64,000 bases of DNA from Salpingoeca rosetta (taxonomy: Eukaryota > Protista > Choanoflagellata). The notes below the pieces were generated by a model that saw only the letters and a program-made list of their open reading frames with translations, made no database searches and was not told where the DNA came from. Numbering within the stretch: the stretch's first letter is position 1; every line of letters begins with the position of its first letter. Below are positions 34,195-53,329 of this stretch, one piece after another. The position numbers and the translations under genes are program-made. Location: NCBI GenBank assembly GCA_033442325.1, contig JAWQFM010000018.1, forward strand, positions 179,598 through 243,597, given 5' to 3'.

Positions 34195-35842
34195 CTACGA
34201 TTGCGGCTGTGGCACGGCCATTAGCGCAGCGATGTCCTGCTGCACATCCTGATACTCGCGCGCAATCTCCCGAAACTCAGCGGGCAGTGCATTGTACTCC
34301 TGGCGTCGTGAAGTGGTGGCGGTGTCGCGGAGTGATGTATGCGGGTGTTGACGTGAGCAGTGGAAGAAGACGTTCGAGTGCTGAAGGCGCAAGAAGCAAC
34401 ACACACACACACACACGCACGCACACACACGCACAACACACACACAAAAAACGACGCCCAAGCAGACGGGCACGGCTTACCTCCAGTGCTGCTGTGAGCG
34501 CGTGGTGCTGCTGCGCCGCATGCTCATATGCGCGATGGAGCTCCGCGTGGATGGATTGCAGCTGCGGTATGGTGTGCTCCGTGTACGTTTTGTCCAAGAT
34601 GTCTTGCATGCACAGCCTGGCGTGCAACAACAGCAATGTGGGCACGTGAGCCACAGCTCAAGAAAGATGCTTTCACTTTCCCATGCATGCATGCGTGCGT
34701 GGCAACCACACTACACAAACATAACACAACACGGCCAACATGCGCACACACACACATACCTGAGGCTGTATCGCGCCTTTCTGCTGCGGACGATGAGCCA
34801 CTTTGCACGCACCGTCTGCCCCGCAGCAAACGTAAAGTCGCCATCGTGCAAACCTGCACACGTCATGCACGCACACGCACACGCACACGTACAACATGCA
34901 CAACATGCACACACATACACGCACACACGCCCGCACACAACGTGCACACACAAACATACACACACATGAGAGGCTCACTTCAGCAATACAAGCATCACAG
35001 GTGCACCACATGCACGTCAGCGTATGTTGTGTGTAAAATGTCCGTGTGTTTGTGTCCCATCTGACCGATGCGAAACTTGAGGAGAATGTGCTCCAGTGTC
35101 TTGAGGTGCTGTACTTGCAGCTGTTGCGTCAACACAGCAGCAGGGCAAAACGTGAGCGCAGGAGTACAGGGATTGAATGATGCCTGCAAGCAGACCTCCG
35201 CCTCTTCAAGCAGAGGAACTGCAACAGTATATGAATGGGATGAACACACACGTGCACGCGCGACACCACCGCACCTCCATGAGCTGCTTAAGCGCGTCAA
35301 TGTGTTGCAGTAACAGCTGCCGTGTCGGCGCCTCTGCTGCCCCCATCTCCGCTTTCTCTTCTCGCAGCAACGCCGGTAGCTGCTTGCTCTTCGCCACAAG
35401 CAGCCCTTCCGCATCTGCCGAGAGCGAGTGTGTGTGTGTGTGTGTGTGTGTGGATGAACATGGTGCGTGCACGTGTTGTGTGAACACACATTGGATGTGT
35501 GTAACAAGCAAGAGCAAACAAGCAATGCATGTCTGATAGGGAGCACGTACACACATACACGCACACACACACACACATACACGCACACACACACACTTTC
35601 TCTCTGTGCAATAGCCTCACCTCGTTCAGATGTGGAGTGGTGCATACGGACAACACTGCTGGCGACCTTGGTCAAGTGAGACGACATGATGTCGCCCAAG
35701 GTTTGGCTCACAACCCGCCTCTGCAACACGTGCACCACAAACAAGAGAGGCCGTTAGTGCGAAAGACAGCGAGCAGCAGACATGACTCGCAGCAAGAGTG
35801 CATTCCGCTATGCATGCGCTCAAAGCCGTCCCCGCTCCCACG

Positions 35843-35919
<77 letters not shown>

Positions 35920-36152
35920 AATGCGCACCGTTTCATCGTCGCATTCCAACGTGAGGTCTGCTGTGTCGAGGCCAAAGAGGCGGATGTTTGTGGTAGGATC
36001 AACTCGACTCATGTGTTGCGCACACGCGGCGTGAAACAGCCGGCCAGCTGTGTCGCACGTCTGCCCAACAGGTTACAGACAAAGAAAGGATCAGTTGTGG
36101 GGGTGAGAGGTGACCGCCAACTGGGCCGGCACACCAGCAACACGACAGCGAA

Positions 36153-36217
<65 letters not shown>

Positions 36218-36658
36218 ACAAACAAACGCACACACACACACACACACACACAGCATACTTTGTTGTGCCGCTGCGTTCGAGGACGGTCGATGGCTGAATC
36301 CTCGTTGACGATGTCGCGCACAAGGTCGCACATAATCTTCTTCTTGAGGTACTCCCGCTTCGCATCAGCAAGTGCTTCCTCTGCCTGTGGTCACGCAGAA
36401 GAAGAGGAGCAAGCGGTCGGTGGGAAGCGAGTGAGGGGCGAGCATGGTTTGGTGCTGCGGTGCAGTGTTTTGTGGGGAGCGTGCAGATACGCACACACAC
36501 ACACACACACACATACACACGCATGCACTGCTGACCTCGGAGAGTGCCTGAGCCACAGGCAAGGTGCATCCTGTCGCGTCCAACCTCTCCCTCACCCTGC
36601 CAACAAAGGCCTGGAACCGTTCCCACTGGCCATCACCACCACCGCTGCCAGTGGTCAT
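34195..36658 (-). CDS. HAUS4: Augmin subunit HAUS4-like
   Basis: LFGLDTADL; AKWLIVRSRKARYSLR..QDILDKTYTEHTIPQLQSIHAEL..EYNALPAEFREIAREYQDV matches the HAUS4 C-terminus (ILSDTYT..YEVLGEEFDRLVKEY). The start codon is tentative. Confidence 0.7.
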
Positions 36659-36811
36659 CGTCCTTGTTGGTTGGTGTTTGTCGAAATTCAAAAGTGCAGC
36701 AGCAATCAGGCAGACAGGACTGACGATAGCAACGAATGACAACAGCACCATCAGCAGCATTGCTGTCAGCAGCCAGCAAGCGACGCAGGTTCATGGTGCT
36801 TGCGTGAGGAC

Positions 36812-41126
<4,315 letters not shown>

Positions 41127-41458
41127 CCCTGTTTGCTTTGCTCCATACTTTCAACCCTCTGATTTATCTATGTGCCCTTGCCAGTTTCGTTGTTTTGTGG
41201 TTACATTTGCGTCAAATATTCCGATTCGCTTCCGTGTGCATGTTCCCCACTTCGCTTGTCCATCAACAATGATCGATAATGTGACTCTGAGCCTGAAGCT
41301 GTTTGTTTATTGCTTCTCGCGTCAGCAGGCTGCTGCACTTTTAGGACACTGTGTCTGTCTGTCTGTCAGTTGAAGAGAAATCAATCATCAATCAATTACC
41401 ACAGAAACCGAAGAAGGACAACGAACACTGGCTTCTTTGCATGGCTGCGCTGACCACA

Positions 41459-43665
41459 TCAGGGCACAAACGCGTCATCGTCATCATCATCGTCTTCCAG
41501 CACAAGCTCGCGGGTGTCGAGGTTGTTGGACCATCCTTGCTGCACACTGCTGCCACTGCTGCTGCTCGTGCTCCTCGTGTTGATGCTGCTGCCGGCTTTG
41601 CTTGCCTCCTTGCTCACCTCTTCACCTTCCTCCTCCTCCTCCTCCTCCTCCTCCTCCTCCTCTTCTCCTTCCCCTTGCTCCTCCTCTGCTTCCTCGTCTC
41701 CTTCGTCTGCGTCTTCCTCATCATTGTCGTCACCGCTGGCAGCTTCGGTGAGCACGGCCGAAGCCACCTCCTTGTCCACGTCGCCAGCGCCGCCGTCTTT
41801 GGAGCTCGTGTGGAACGCGCACGTGAGCAAGCCCCCTGCTGCGTCGTCCACGGCCCTGAGCGCCTCGTCGTCAAAGCGCGCGTGGTCAAACGGCGCCAGC
41901 TGCCGATTCCACGTCAGCAGCGTGTCGAGGGAGAGCGAGGCAGACTTCTGGCGCCCGCTGCCACTGCCATCCTCGCCAGCAAACTTCTTGAGCAGGTCGT
42001 TGGTGTCCGACTTGGTGTCCTCACGCAGGGAGAAGATGTCCTTGAGCTCCTCCATGGAGAAACCAGCAACCTGCTTCGTGCCCGCCGTCTTCTTGCTGCC
42101 CTGCTTGTCCACGACAGAGCCGCTCAGGCCTTGCTTGTGCACCTGCCGCTGGTAAATCTTCTCCTCAATCGTGCCTGTGGTCAGGAAGCGGTACACGTAC
42201 ACGTGTCGCTTCTGCCCATCGCGCCACACGCGTGCCATGGCTTGCACTAAACGGTAACAGGTTGTGTGTGTATGTATGTATGTATGTATGTATGTATGTA
42301 TGTATGTATGTATGTATGTATGTATGTATGTATGTATGTATGTATGTATGTATGTATGTATGTATGTATGTATGTATGTATGTATGTATGTATGTATGTA
42401 TGTATGTATGTATGTATGTATGTATGTATGTATGTATGTATGTATGTATGTATGTATGTATGTATGTGTATGTGTGAGCGTGTGCATGTGTGTGAGGCAT
42501 AGTCAAGACGAAGCAAAAACAACACACGCTCATGTACACACACACACACACATGCGCACACGCATGCGAGATAAAACAAACGGCCCAATGACACAGTCTC
42601 TCTGTCCCGGTCCCACAACCGACTCACGATCGTTGGCTGGGTTCCAGTCCGTGTCGTAGAGGATGAGGCGGGAGGCGCCGACAATGTTGAGGCCGACGCC
42701 ACCGGCCTTGCTGCTCATGAGAAACACAAAGTCGTCGCGCACGCGGCTGTTGAAGCGGTTCACAAGCTCAAGGCGCTTGTGCGTGGGCGTGTTGCCCTGC
42801 AGGCGCAGAAACGGGTAAGCGCACTGCTCGCACAGGGCCTGCACGCGGCTAAGCACCTTGGTGGAGTTGGAGACGATGAGCACGCGCTCGTTGGCCGGGT
42901 GCGCACGCCAGTGCTGCAACATGTGCGAGAGCAGCTGCATCTTTCCGCACAGCGACACGTCCTCCACGTCGTCCAGCGTGGACAGCGCAGGCCGCCCAAG
43001 CTCCTCCACCATCAAATCCCGCACGAAATCGTCCTCGTTATCATCATCGTCGTCGTCATCATTGCCATCACCACCACCACCACCACCACCACCACTGCCG
43101 CTGCTGCTGCTGCTGCTGCTGCTCTTCGTCGTCGCTGTCGCCTTCTTCTTTGGCCTGGGTGTGCGGGAGCGACCGCTGCCCGCGTCGGGCTGGCCTTTGC
43201 GGCAGAGGATGGTTGGGGAGTTGCACAGGGTCTTGAGGGCGGTGATGATGACGAGGTGGCTGCCGGCAGAGAGGCGGCCTTGCAAGCACGACTTGACGGC
43301 TGTGGAGCGCAGCAGGGCGCGGTACAGCTGCAGCTGCGTCTGCGACGGGCGGCAGAACAGCACGTAGTCCGACTTGGGCGGGAGGTAGCTGAGGTTGATT
43401 TCCTTGGTGCGGCGCAGGCAGAACGAGGAGATCATGCGCGTCAGCTCCGTGGCGCGCGCGTCGCCGAGTTTGCGCTCTGCCGGCGTCGCCGTGGGCTGCC
43501 GAGACTCCAGGATGGGCCGCTCATACACCCGGCGGAACGTCTGCCGTTGATGTGGGAGGAGGGACGGCGGTGGGGGAGAGAGAGAGGAGATGAAGTGTGG
43601 GTGTGGTGGGTGGGTGTCAGACAGTATTTGTGGATAAGACACTGCATGTGTGTGTGCATGTGTGG

Positions 43666-43712
<47 letters not shown>

Positions 43713-45649
43713 TGTGTGTGTGTGTGTGTGTGCGTGGGTGGGTGTTGTGGGGGAAACAGCGAGAGGACGGAAGGTGGATGGAGTGGCAGCAAGAGGATTA
43801 ACACAAGAGCCAAGGTGTCCACAACACACAACGCAACCACCGCACCGCTTGCGTGCCGAGGATGCCTGGGTTACAAAAGTCGACAATGGCGAAAAACTCC
43901 TGCAGGTCGTTCTGGATGGGTGTGCCGGTGAGGGCAATGCGGCGGCGGGCGCGCAGGCCCATCATGGCCATGGTGGTCTTGGCGCTCGTGTTCTTGAGCC
44001 GGTGCGCCTCGTCGCACACAACAATGTCGAGGTTGAGCTTGCTGACGTCGGCAATGTTGCGCAGCAGCATCTCGTAGGACAGCAGCAGCACGGAGAACAC
44101 GCTGGCCGCGGCAAACTCGCGCACGGGCTTGTCGGCCTTGACCACAAACACCTTGATGCGCTCGCGCCCGAGCCACTTGCGAAACTCCTGTTCCCAGTTG
44201 CGCACCAGGCTGCCCGGGCACACGACCATGACGCGGCGGGCCAGGGGCTTGCCGTCGTGGTTCTGCTTGAGCGCAGTCCAGATGAGCGTGATGCACTGCA
44301 GCGTCTTGCCAAGACCCATCTCGTCGCCCAGGATGCAGCCCTGGCCCTCCACGTGGGGCTTGCCGACAACAGAGTGCCAGAGAAACTCCACGCCCACGCG
44401 CTGGTGCGGGCGGAGGTGCACGCCGAGGTGCGGGTCAACCACAACGGGGACCACCTGGTGCTTGGCGCCGGCGGGGTGGTTGATGACCAGGGCGCCTGGC
44501 GCGTTGGGGTCGAAGCGCGGGGTGATGGGCTTCTTCGTGGGCGACGTGCGGCCACCGCCAGAGGCACTGCCGTTCCCAGCGGCCCCACCGCCGGCAGTGA
44601 CGCGCTTGAAGGCCTTTGGTTTTGGCAGGGCGCGCCTGGCTGGGGGCTTGGGCGTGTTGCTGGTGGCCCCACCTCCGCCGCCAAGGAAGCACTTGCCCGT
44701 TGCGTATGCCTCCTCGCTGATGGTGCCCATAATCTCAATCTCCTTGCCGCCAAAGTACAGCGTTTCGCCTTCCTTCAAGCTGGCCAGGTCCTTGGCCTTC
44801 ATCGTCGTGCTCTTGGACACGTCCTTGCCCTCCGTGTCCTTCAAGATGGCCGTCGTGTGTCGCACCTTTTAGGTGTGGGTGCGTGTATGTGAAGTTGAAA
44901 CGGGAGGGGGTGTAAGAACCTTGATTGGGAGACAATACGCGCACGTCACGCCCACACACACAGACACGTGCACAGACACACACACGCAAACACACACACG
45001 CAAACACACGCACACGCACACACACGCAAACACACGTGCACACACACACACACGCAAACACACGTGCACAGACACACACACGTCCACACACGCAAACACA
45101 GGCACACGTACACACACACACACGTGCACAGACACACACGCAATGGTCAACACGAACCAGCAAGATGGCGTCGCCCTCCCAGGTCTTGTGCTTCTTGCGG
45201 CTGAACTTGCACCAGACGACGGAAAAGTAGCGCCAGGGCATGTCCTTGGAATCTTGCTCCTGCTTCTTGCGCACAACATCCATGTTCTGCGTGGGCATGG
45301 AAAACTTGGCGCGCTTTCGTGCCTGCCCATTCACAGCGCCCAGCGGGCTCTTCTTCGGCAGACCAGCCCCACGTGCAGCAGGCGTCGTCGACGTGCCCAC
45401 AGAACCAGCACCAGGCGTGGCGCTTGCGGTGCTTGCGGTGGCCTTGGACTCCTTTGCAGGCGTTGTTGCTGTAGATGCTGGCGCGGAAGACGAAGTGGTT
45501 GCAGCACGAGTTGAAGCAGCCGCAGTGACTGGTTTCGCGGTGCCGGTGCCGTGCGCGGTGCGTGGAGGCAGGAAGGCTGCGCGCATCATGGCGCCTTTGG
45601 CCTTGCCTGGCGCCTTGAAGCGCTGGCTCGGTGCCGCCGATCGCCGCAT
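41459..45649 (-). CDS. RAD54B: DNA repair and recombination protein RAD54B (SNF2 ATPase)
   Basis: MRRSAAPSQ start and [23 protein letters not shown] are RAD54B-specific. Helicase motifs: [65 protein letters not shown]. Confidence 0.95.
42271..42466. repeat. (TATG)n tetranucleotide microsatellite in RAD54B intron
   Basis: Perfect TATG array of ~195 bp. Confidence 0.95.
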
Positions 45650-45903
45650 CCTCACGCTGGGTCTTCGTCAAGTGGAAGAAGAGGTGGAAAGGCAATGTGG
45701 GTATCTTCGATCTATCTATCTTTGGTGCAACCAAGCAGTGCAAGCAAGGCAGACAGGTGTTTGCGGCAGGCAGTGTGGAGTGGTGGTGGTTCAAACACGT
45801 CCCAACAACAAACCCGTTTGAACAAGCCCGCGGTTCGCGGTCAAATGTGCGACACCACAAAACGCAGTGAGACAGTTGCGGCGGATCGGACGGTGGGTGG
45901 ACG

Positions 45904-46112
45904 ATGATGACGCTGGGTGTGTTTGTGCTTGTGCTTGTGCTTGGAGTGGTAGTGGCGTGGTGCGTGGGGAGGGTGGTGGATGTGCTGTTGGGGATCCGTG
46001 CGCGGCAAGCGGAGCTTGGTCAAGGAGAGATTACAAACACAAGCAAGCAAGCACGCAGCCGCACTGCTCTGCCAACACAGTGCTCGACACTCATCGTGCT
46101 CGGATCAGGTCG

Positions 46113-46199
<87 letters not shown>

Positions 46200-46547
46200 T
46201 GTGTGTGTGTGAGTGTGTGAGTGTGTGAGTGTGTGTGTGTGTGTGTGAGTGTGTGTGTGTGGGTACACTTGTGTTTGGTTGCACTTGTGTTTGGTTGCAC
46301 TTGTATGTGTGAGTGCACCAGTTTATGTTTTTTGTTCATGTCGGTACTGACGTGGACCCTCGCGCACCCTTCTCTTTCAGGTGGACATACCATGGAGATG
46401 CTGAAGCTGCTGCGGGCAGCGAGTGAGGACAGCAAACCAAACAAACGGTTGTACCCCAGGCACTACGTTGTCGCTCAAACAGATGCACATAGCAGAGAAA
46501 AGGCAGTCAACTTTGAACAGCAACAGAGCACAGTTTCCAAGGTGCGT

Positions 46548-46603
<56 letters not shown>

Positions 46604-46892
46604 TGTAGTGTGGTGTCTCTCTCCCCTTCCCCGCTTCCGTTCTCTTCACAGAAGATTTTCGCTGAACTCACCCAGACTCGCTTTCACTCACACTTACACT
46701 CTCACACTCGCATGCACGCGCGCAACATTATGCGGTGCCATTGAGGCAGGGGGTACATTTTCATGCGATATCGCGCAGCCGCGAAGTGGGGCAGTCGTAC
46801 ATGACATCTGTGGTGTCAACCCTACGCGCCCTGATTGACAGCTTTCCGTTGCTGCTTCGTACACAACCACAACTGGTGAGATGTGCACGCAT

Positions 46893-46939
<47 letters not shown>

Positions 46940-47535
46940 TGTGCGTGTGACTGTGTCTGTGCCTGTGCGTGTGACTGTGCACGTTTGCTATGCCAGTTTG
47001 TCTGCCTCTCTGTCTATGTGCGCTGTTGCAGAGGCCATTACGTTTTCAGCTACAATCCGCTTCGGTCCCTCACCCTAACTCCTCCCCCCCTCCCAATTCA
47101 AACTGAACATCAGATCCTCGTCAACGGGCCTGGGTCGTGTGTGCCCGTGTGCATCGCCGCTTTTGTTTTGAAGGTGCGTGTGGTCAAGGGTTGGTCGTGG
47201 TGACGGGGGCGCTGCCTGATCGTGACCATGTTGTCCACTCGGTCCTCGCCTCGGCGTATGTCGGTCACACGCGTTGTTGCCGCTGCCATGGTTAAGGTGC
47301 TTGGGCTGAACGATGCAACCATCGTCTATGTGGAGAGCATATGCCGTGTCACCACGCTATCCCTCTCCGCAAAGCTGCTGCAGTGGTTTGTCGGTGCGTC
47401 AAACCTGCAAATTGACCTGTGTCGTGAGTGAGAGAAAGGCAGAGATTGAATGGAAGCAAGAACAGAACAGTGGCGTGTTGCTCTATGCGTGCGTATGTGT
47501 GTGTCTGCGTGTGTGTGTGTGTGTGTCTGCGTGTC

Positions 47536-47569
<34 letters not shown>

Positions 47570-47863
47570 TGCGTGTCTGCGTGCGTGTGTGTGTGTGTCT
47601 GTGTGTCTGTGCAGATGTTGAAGGTCGTAGTTGTTGTGTCGTTGATTGCTTTCCGCCAGTGACACTGGACTCGTTTGCTTTGTGTGTCACGCTGCATTTC
47701 ACACACACACACACACACGCACACGCACACACATGCACGCACGCACGCGCACACAGACACGTGTGTCGTGAGATGGCCCGAACTGGGAAACGGCCGATGT
47801 GTTGCCATTCCACCATCATCATTGTCGTCGCCAACATCAACAGCGGCAGCGGCGGCGTTGTAG
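45904..47863 (+). CDS. ALG14: UDP-GlcNAc transferase subunit ALG14
   Basis: N-terminal TM; LIVLGSG|GHTMEM, YVVAQTD, SRSREVGQSYMTSV, ILVNGPGSCVPVC, VYVESICRVTTLSLSAKLL, D..VRWPEL. Confidence 0.93.
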
Positions 47864-48603
47864 AAACCCACTTGCCCAGCTCGATTGCACACATCATATC
47901 TGGCAACTGTCCATGTGAGTGTGTGTATGGAAGGGTGCGGGTTGCTTGTTGCGTGCGCTCCCATTTCGCATTTCACACACGTTGTGGGTTGGCATGACGT
48001 TACTTGCGAAATACACACATACACACATGACCTGTCTCGCTGATTTGATTTCTGGTTTGCTGGTGGTGCTGACAAGACGCTTGCAGCATCATGGACACGC
48101 CCGAAACAAGACACGCTCACAAAGGAAAAGGAGAATGAATCAACATGCTGTCGAATAAGAAGCAACCAATCACACACACACACACACACACACAGAGAGG
48201 GAAACCGTGACAGTCACGCACAAACACACACACGCATACAACGCAAACGCACGCAACAAGACCAGACAAGACAAGACACGCGTAACCAGGCACTCAGGGG
48301 GGAAGTGGCTTCATGGAAGCTTCTGCGGTGGGTGGCGAGGCAGGAAGGAGAAGGAGAGGTCATACAACAACAATGATGGCGACATGGCGACCATCAACCA
48401 TGAACAACCACACACAGCAGTGACAAGGGACCGCCCCAAACAGCACGTGGCCTGTGTCACCGATTGCGCTTGTGTAAATACAGGAGCGGGCTAGCAAAAC
48501 AGCACCCAAGGGTACAAGCATCGTTGCAGTGACAAGCGCGGCTGCTGGTGGAGAGTCGAGGCGAGGCAACCATGAGAAGAGAGGAAAGGAGGGAAGTGGG
48601 GTG

Positions 48604-48662
48604 GAGAATAAAGTGTTGTGATGACAGGGGAGAATAAAGTGTTGTGATGACAGGGGAGAATG
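48604..48662. repeat. Short 27-bp tandem duplication in the 3' UTR of the GPI-anchored protein gene
   Basis: GAGAATAAAGTGTTGTGATGACAGGG(G), two copies plus a partial third. Confidence 0.7.
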
Positions 48663-48704
48663 AAGTGGCATGTGGGACAAAAGGATTGATGATACGTCCC
48701 CCCC

Positions 48705-50110
48705 TTATGCAAGGAGCGCGGCGGCGGCGACGGCAAGCAGGGCAACGGCCGCGCTGGCGGTGGTGGTGGTGGCAGAGGAGGTGGTGCCGCTGGCAGAGAG
48801 GGTGGCCAGGTCCTCGGTGGTGGCGGCAGACATGAGCACGGTGTTGACGCCCACGGCGCGGCAGTGAGCCGCAACGCTGCACACAACGCCAGAGATGTCC
48901 TCGTTGCTGGGCACAAATGGCTCAAGCAACAGCGGATTCTCCTGCACGTGTGGACAGGCAGTGGAAATGATGACGTGGTGAGACGTTGGGGAGATGAGGT
49001 GAGATGAAGATATGAATGGAAGGAGGGCAACGAAATGAAGCGAAAATGAGATGAGGAGATGAGGTGGCAGAGTGACAGAAGCAAACATCGTACGCACGCA
49101 CGCACACATACAAACACAAACACATACACACAACACAAACACACACACACACAACACAAACACAAACACACACAACACAAACACAAACACATACACACAA
49201 CACAAACACAAACACACACACAACACAAACACAAACACACACACAACACAAACACAAACACACAACACAAACACAAACAACACACACAAACCAAACGCGA
49301 ACGAACAAACACAAAACACAAACACACATACACACACACCTCGCCGGCCATGAGGATAGTGCCAAGGCAGTTGCCGTGCTTGACCAGGGTCTGGCAGTGG
49401 CTCTCGCCGTAGTCGGTGTTGTTGAGACGGAAGAACTTGAGGTTGTCAAGGGCAAGGCCGCAGTACTTGTTGTTGACGGAGCTGCGCGCGCACATCACGC
49501 TGAGCCGGTCCTGCAGGGAGGCAAAGGCGATAATCTGGTCCAGGATGTCGTCCTGCCCCACAAACTGCTGCGCGTCCTCATCGCTCAGCATGCAGTTGGC
49601 CTGCGTGAGGATGTTGATCGAGTCGAAGATGGTGGCAACGCAAGTGCTCTGGCACACTTCCTTGAGGTAGTCCTGCGTGGTCATGTCCTCGTACGTGGGC
49701 AGGGCCGCGTTGTAGGTGGCAGCGCACGTGGCAAACTCCGTGCTCATGCTGCTGTTGACAGCGTTGACGCAGCCCGCGCCCAGGAGCTCCGCCAGGCGGG
49801 TGCGGAACTCGTCTGCCGTTGGCGGCGTGTACACCGTGGTTGTGGTTGTGGTGGTCGTGGTGGTCGTGGTTGTCGTCGTCGTGGTCGTCGTCGTGGTTGT
49901 CGTGCACACGGCTTCGTCGCCGCCGGCCGTCACGCAGGTGCAGAACGTGTCACCGTTGATGCTGGAGAACTCGTACTCGGAGACGCCAAACTGGGCCTGG
50001 CACGTCGCAAGGCACTCCTCGGACGTCTCAATGACAGAGTCGCTGCAGTCCGCAGCCACAGCCGCAACAAGCGCGGCCAGGCACAGGCACACCGCCGAAA
50101 TCGCCTTCAT
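48705..50110 (-). CDS. Secreted Cys-rich, Thr-linker protein with probable GPI anchor (2 exons)
   Basis: Signal peptide MKAISAVCLCLAALVAAVAA, small Cys domain, poly-Thr, larger Cys-rich domain. Exon 2 ends SGTTSSATTTTASAAVALLAVAAAALLA* (hydrophobic end, no cytosolic tail). Confidence 0.75.
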
Positions 50111-50310
50111 CCTTGGCTTGACTTGGGGGGTTGGTTCGTTTCCTTGGCTGAGAGAGGACGTAGGAGGGACGATGTGGGGAAGACGTATGGGTGTATATGC
50201 GTCGTGAGGGTGAGTGTGAGGGAGTGACTGCGACTGTGAGTGCAACTGTGAGTGCGACTGTGGGTGCGTTGAGATGTGTGTGTGTGTGTGTATCTGGCGA
50301 CGTCTGCGTT

Positions 50311-50348
<38 letters not shown>

Positions 50349-51034
50349 TGTAGGTTTGTTGTTGAGAATGCGAGTTGTTGTTGTTGCGAAGGAGGGTGGC
50401 TACTGAAAGATCGACAGCCGGCAAAAAGACGACTCGAGTGCAACACAGGCACGCAAGCACGCGTGCGTGTGTGCGAAAAGTTTGTTCGCCTCGGTGCTTT
50501 GCCTGACCCAACGACGTCAACCCAACGACGATCCAACACAACAACCAAAGCTGACCGGACGAACAGCAACTGGCAACTGCCGCAGCAACATGTCTCCATC
50601 ATCCAACCACTGCCCAACCAAACCACCCACAAAGCACGCACACCCCACACCGAGTGGCATCGCACATCTGTCTGCGTCATCGTCTCACCTTCGGTGCTTC
50701 GATCTTGCGCTTCGCTGACAACTTGATCGATAAAAATTGGTGGATATTGCACATAAAAGCTGTACTCATGACGTCAGGGTAGGACAAGTCAGGGACATGG
50801 CAAACACACACACCTGCTCTCTCTGTTGTCAGGCAACCAGGCAAGCAGCAGCAGGAGCAGAAAAAGCAAGCGCACTTCACACCCACACTGCAGTGCACAC
50901 ACCCACACTGTACGACACACGCACACCCACACACACACACACACATCACGCATCCACACAGACACACACACATCCCCCCCCCCCACAACTGCACGGCACA
51001 CTCCCTCCACTGCACATGCCCGCGCATGAGCTCA

Positions 51035-52209
51035 TCAACATGCAGACTGCTCGTATTTGACGTCAAGGGAGCCATCAATCTGGCGCTTGAGCCCAAACGG
51101 CTTTGGTCCAACCAGGTCATCAGAGACATCAACCACCTCCGCGCTAGCCGTGCCGAAGAAGGCGACTTTGTCATGGAACGACAGGCCGTGCGGGTTGCGG
51201 CGCTGATTGAACCGCAGCTCGCTCACCTTCTGCTCCGCCCTCGCCCGTAGCTTCTCCAGGTTCGCCCGCTCCTCGTCCGCCAGCCGCAGCAGCCGCTGAA
51301 TCGTCTCGTCGTGCATCCACCGCTCGTCCCGCTCAGCCTGCGCAGCGTGGAACTTGCCCTGCTTCAACCGGTACGTCGGCGACTGCTCCGTCTTGGTCTG
51401 CAGCACCCGCCGCCGCTCCTCCACTTGCAGCCGCACAGACTCCAAGCGCGCAGCAGCGGAGTTGATGTCGTCCTGCAGCTGCTGCACCACCCGCGCATCC
51501 TCATCTTCAAGCACACGCGTCAGGTGTGCCAACTCCTCAGCATCGCCGCCATCGCCACCCACGCCATCGTTGACACTGCTACCGATGCCGCCTGTGACAT
51601 CCAGATCTTCTCGGTCCCACACCGTGTGCCGGCGCGTATCATCCGCAGCAGCAACACCAGCGGCTGTGCGATCCCCGGCTGAGTTTCCCTTTCGCCTCCT
51701 CAGCGACACCATGCCGGGCGTCACAACTCCCATTGGCGACACAACGCCACCTCGCTCAGCATGTGCCACCTGTCCTTGTCCATTATCCTCGTGCCCCTCG
51801 TCCTCCTCCACCACCACGGACACACCGGCACGGCCACCTTGGACACCAGCTGCGTCCACCTTCCAGTCATCATTCTTCTTCTCACCACCTGCTGCTGGCA
51901 TGCTGCTGGCGTCAGCGGACAAAGGCTCCCGCGCGGCGCGGAGCTTGTCAGCACCACCTCGAGACAACGGTGTTGCGGCCTGACCAGGTGGTTGCGGCTG
52001 CTGGCGGCGGCGACGGCGGGCGCTGGTGGTCGCTGTCAGGCCACTGCTGGCTTCCTGGCGCACACGCCCTGCAGGCGTCGCTGGGGACAGCTGCTTGCGC
52101 GCTGTGGACAATGTTGTTGACGAAGGCGATGGCGATGATGGTGGCTGGGTGTTACCACGCGCACCGCCCTTTCCATCACCTCTTCCGACCTCGTCACCGC
52201 CACTGCTCC

Positions 52210-52261
<52 letters not shown>

Positions 52262-52774
52262 CAGGAGTGCATCCATGTGTGTGACGGGGGACGGCGTGCC
52301 CGGCGGCGGTACGGTCAAGGACGCCTCCGATGACGACATGCCGCGGGTGGTGCTGCCGGGGCGAGAGGAGCGCGCGCTGCGGCGCCGTGACACATACTTG
52401 CCGGCCTCGTTCTTCTCCAGAAACACTTGCAGGTCGTCGTCCCACACGCGCGTCTTGGGGCCCTCCTGCCGTGCGAGCAGCATGCGTCGCAACTCCTCAA
52501 TCTGCGCCGATTGCCCGTCCAGCATCTCCTTCAGCTGCCCCTTGGACACAAACACCTGCGTCGCCGCTTCCAGCTCCCTCCACACCTCGGTCTCCCTTCG
52601 GTCCTGCTTGTCTGCCAGCTCCTTCACCGCCCGCTCCAGGTTTGCAAACTGCTTTGCTGCATCGCCACCCAGCCCGGCCTCCTTGCTGTCGGCGGCCGCC
52701 GTCGTGTTAGCCAGAATGGTGCGCAGCGTGTCCTCCATACCTGCCTGCTTCTGCTCTTGCTTCGTAAACTGCGC

Positions 52775-52865
<91 letters not shown>

Positions 52866-53290
52866 TGTGTGTTTGTTTGTTTGTGTGTGTGTGGGGGGTG
52901 AGCTTATGAGTTCGCAAGAATTATGTGCGTGTATGTGGAGGGAGGGAACAGGGAGAGCACGAAACATGGAGGTTGCAACGACGCCAGTGCGTTGTGGTGC
53001 ATCACTCCTGATGTCATACCCATTGCGTCATGTGCTTCATGGTATCTTGCCACTCTTCTTCCTCAATGCGGCGCTGACGAATCAGCTCCTGTAAACATGC
53101 GAAAACACACATTGTTGCACGAAGGGCGTACGTGTTCGTGTGAGTTTGTCGGATGCCCATGCACAATTACGTACACACGCACAAACACACACACACACAC
53201 ACACAAACACACATACACACGCACACGCAAACACACACATACACACGCACACGCAAACACACACACATACACACGCACACGCAAACACAC

Positions 53291-53329
<39 letters not shown>

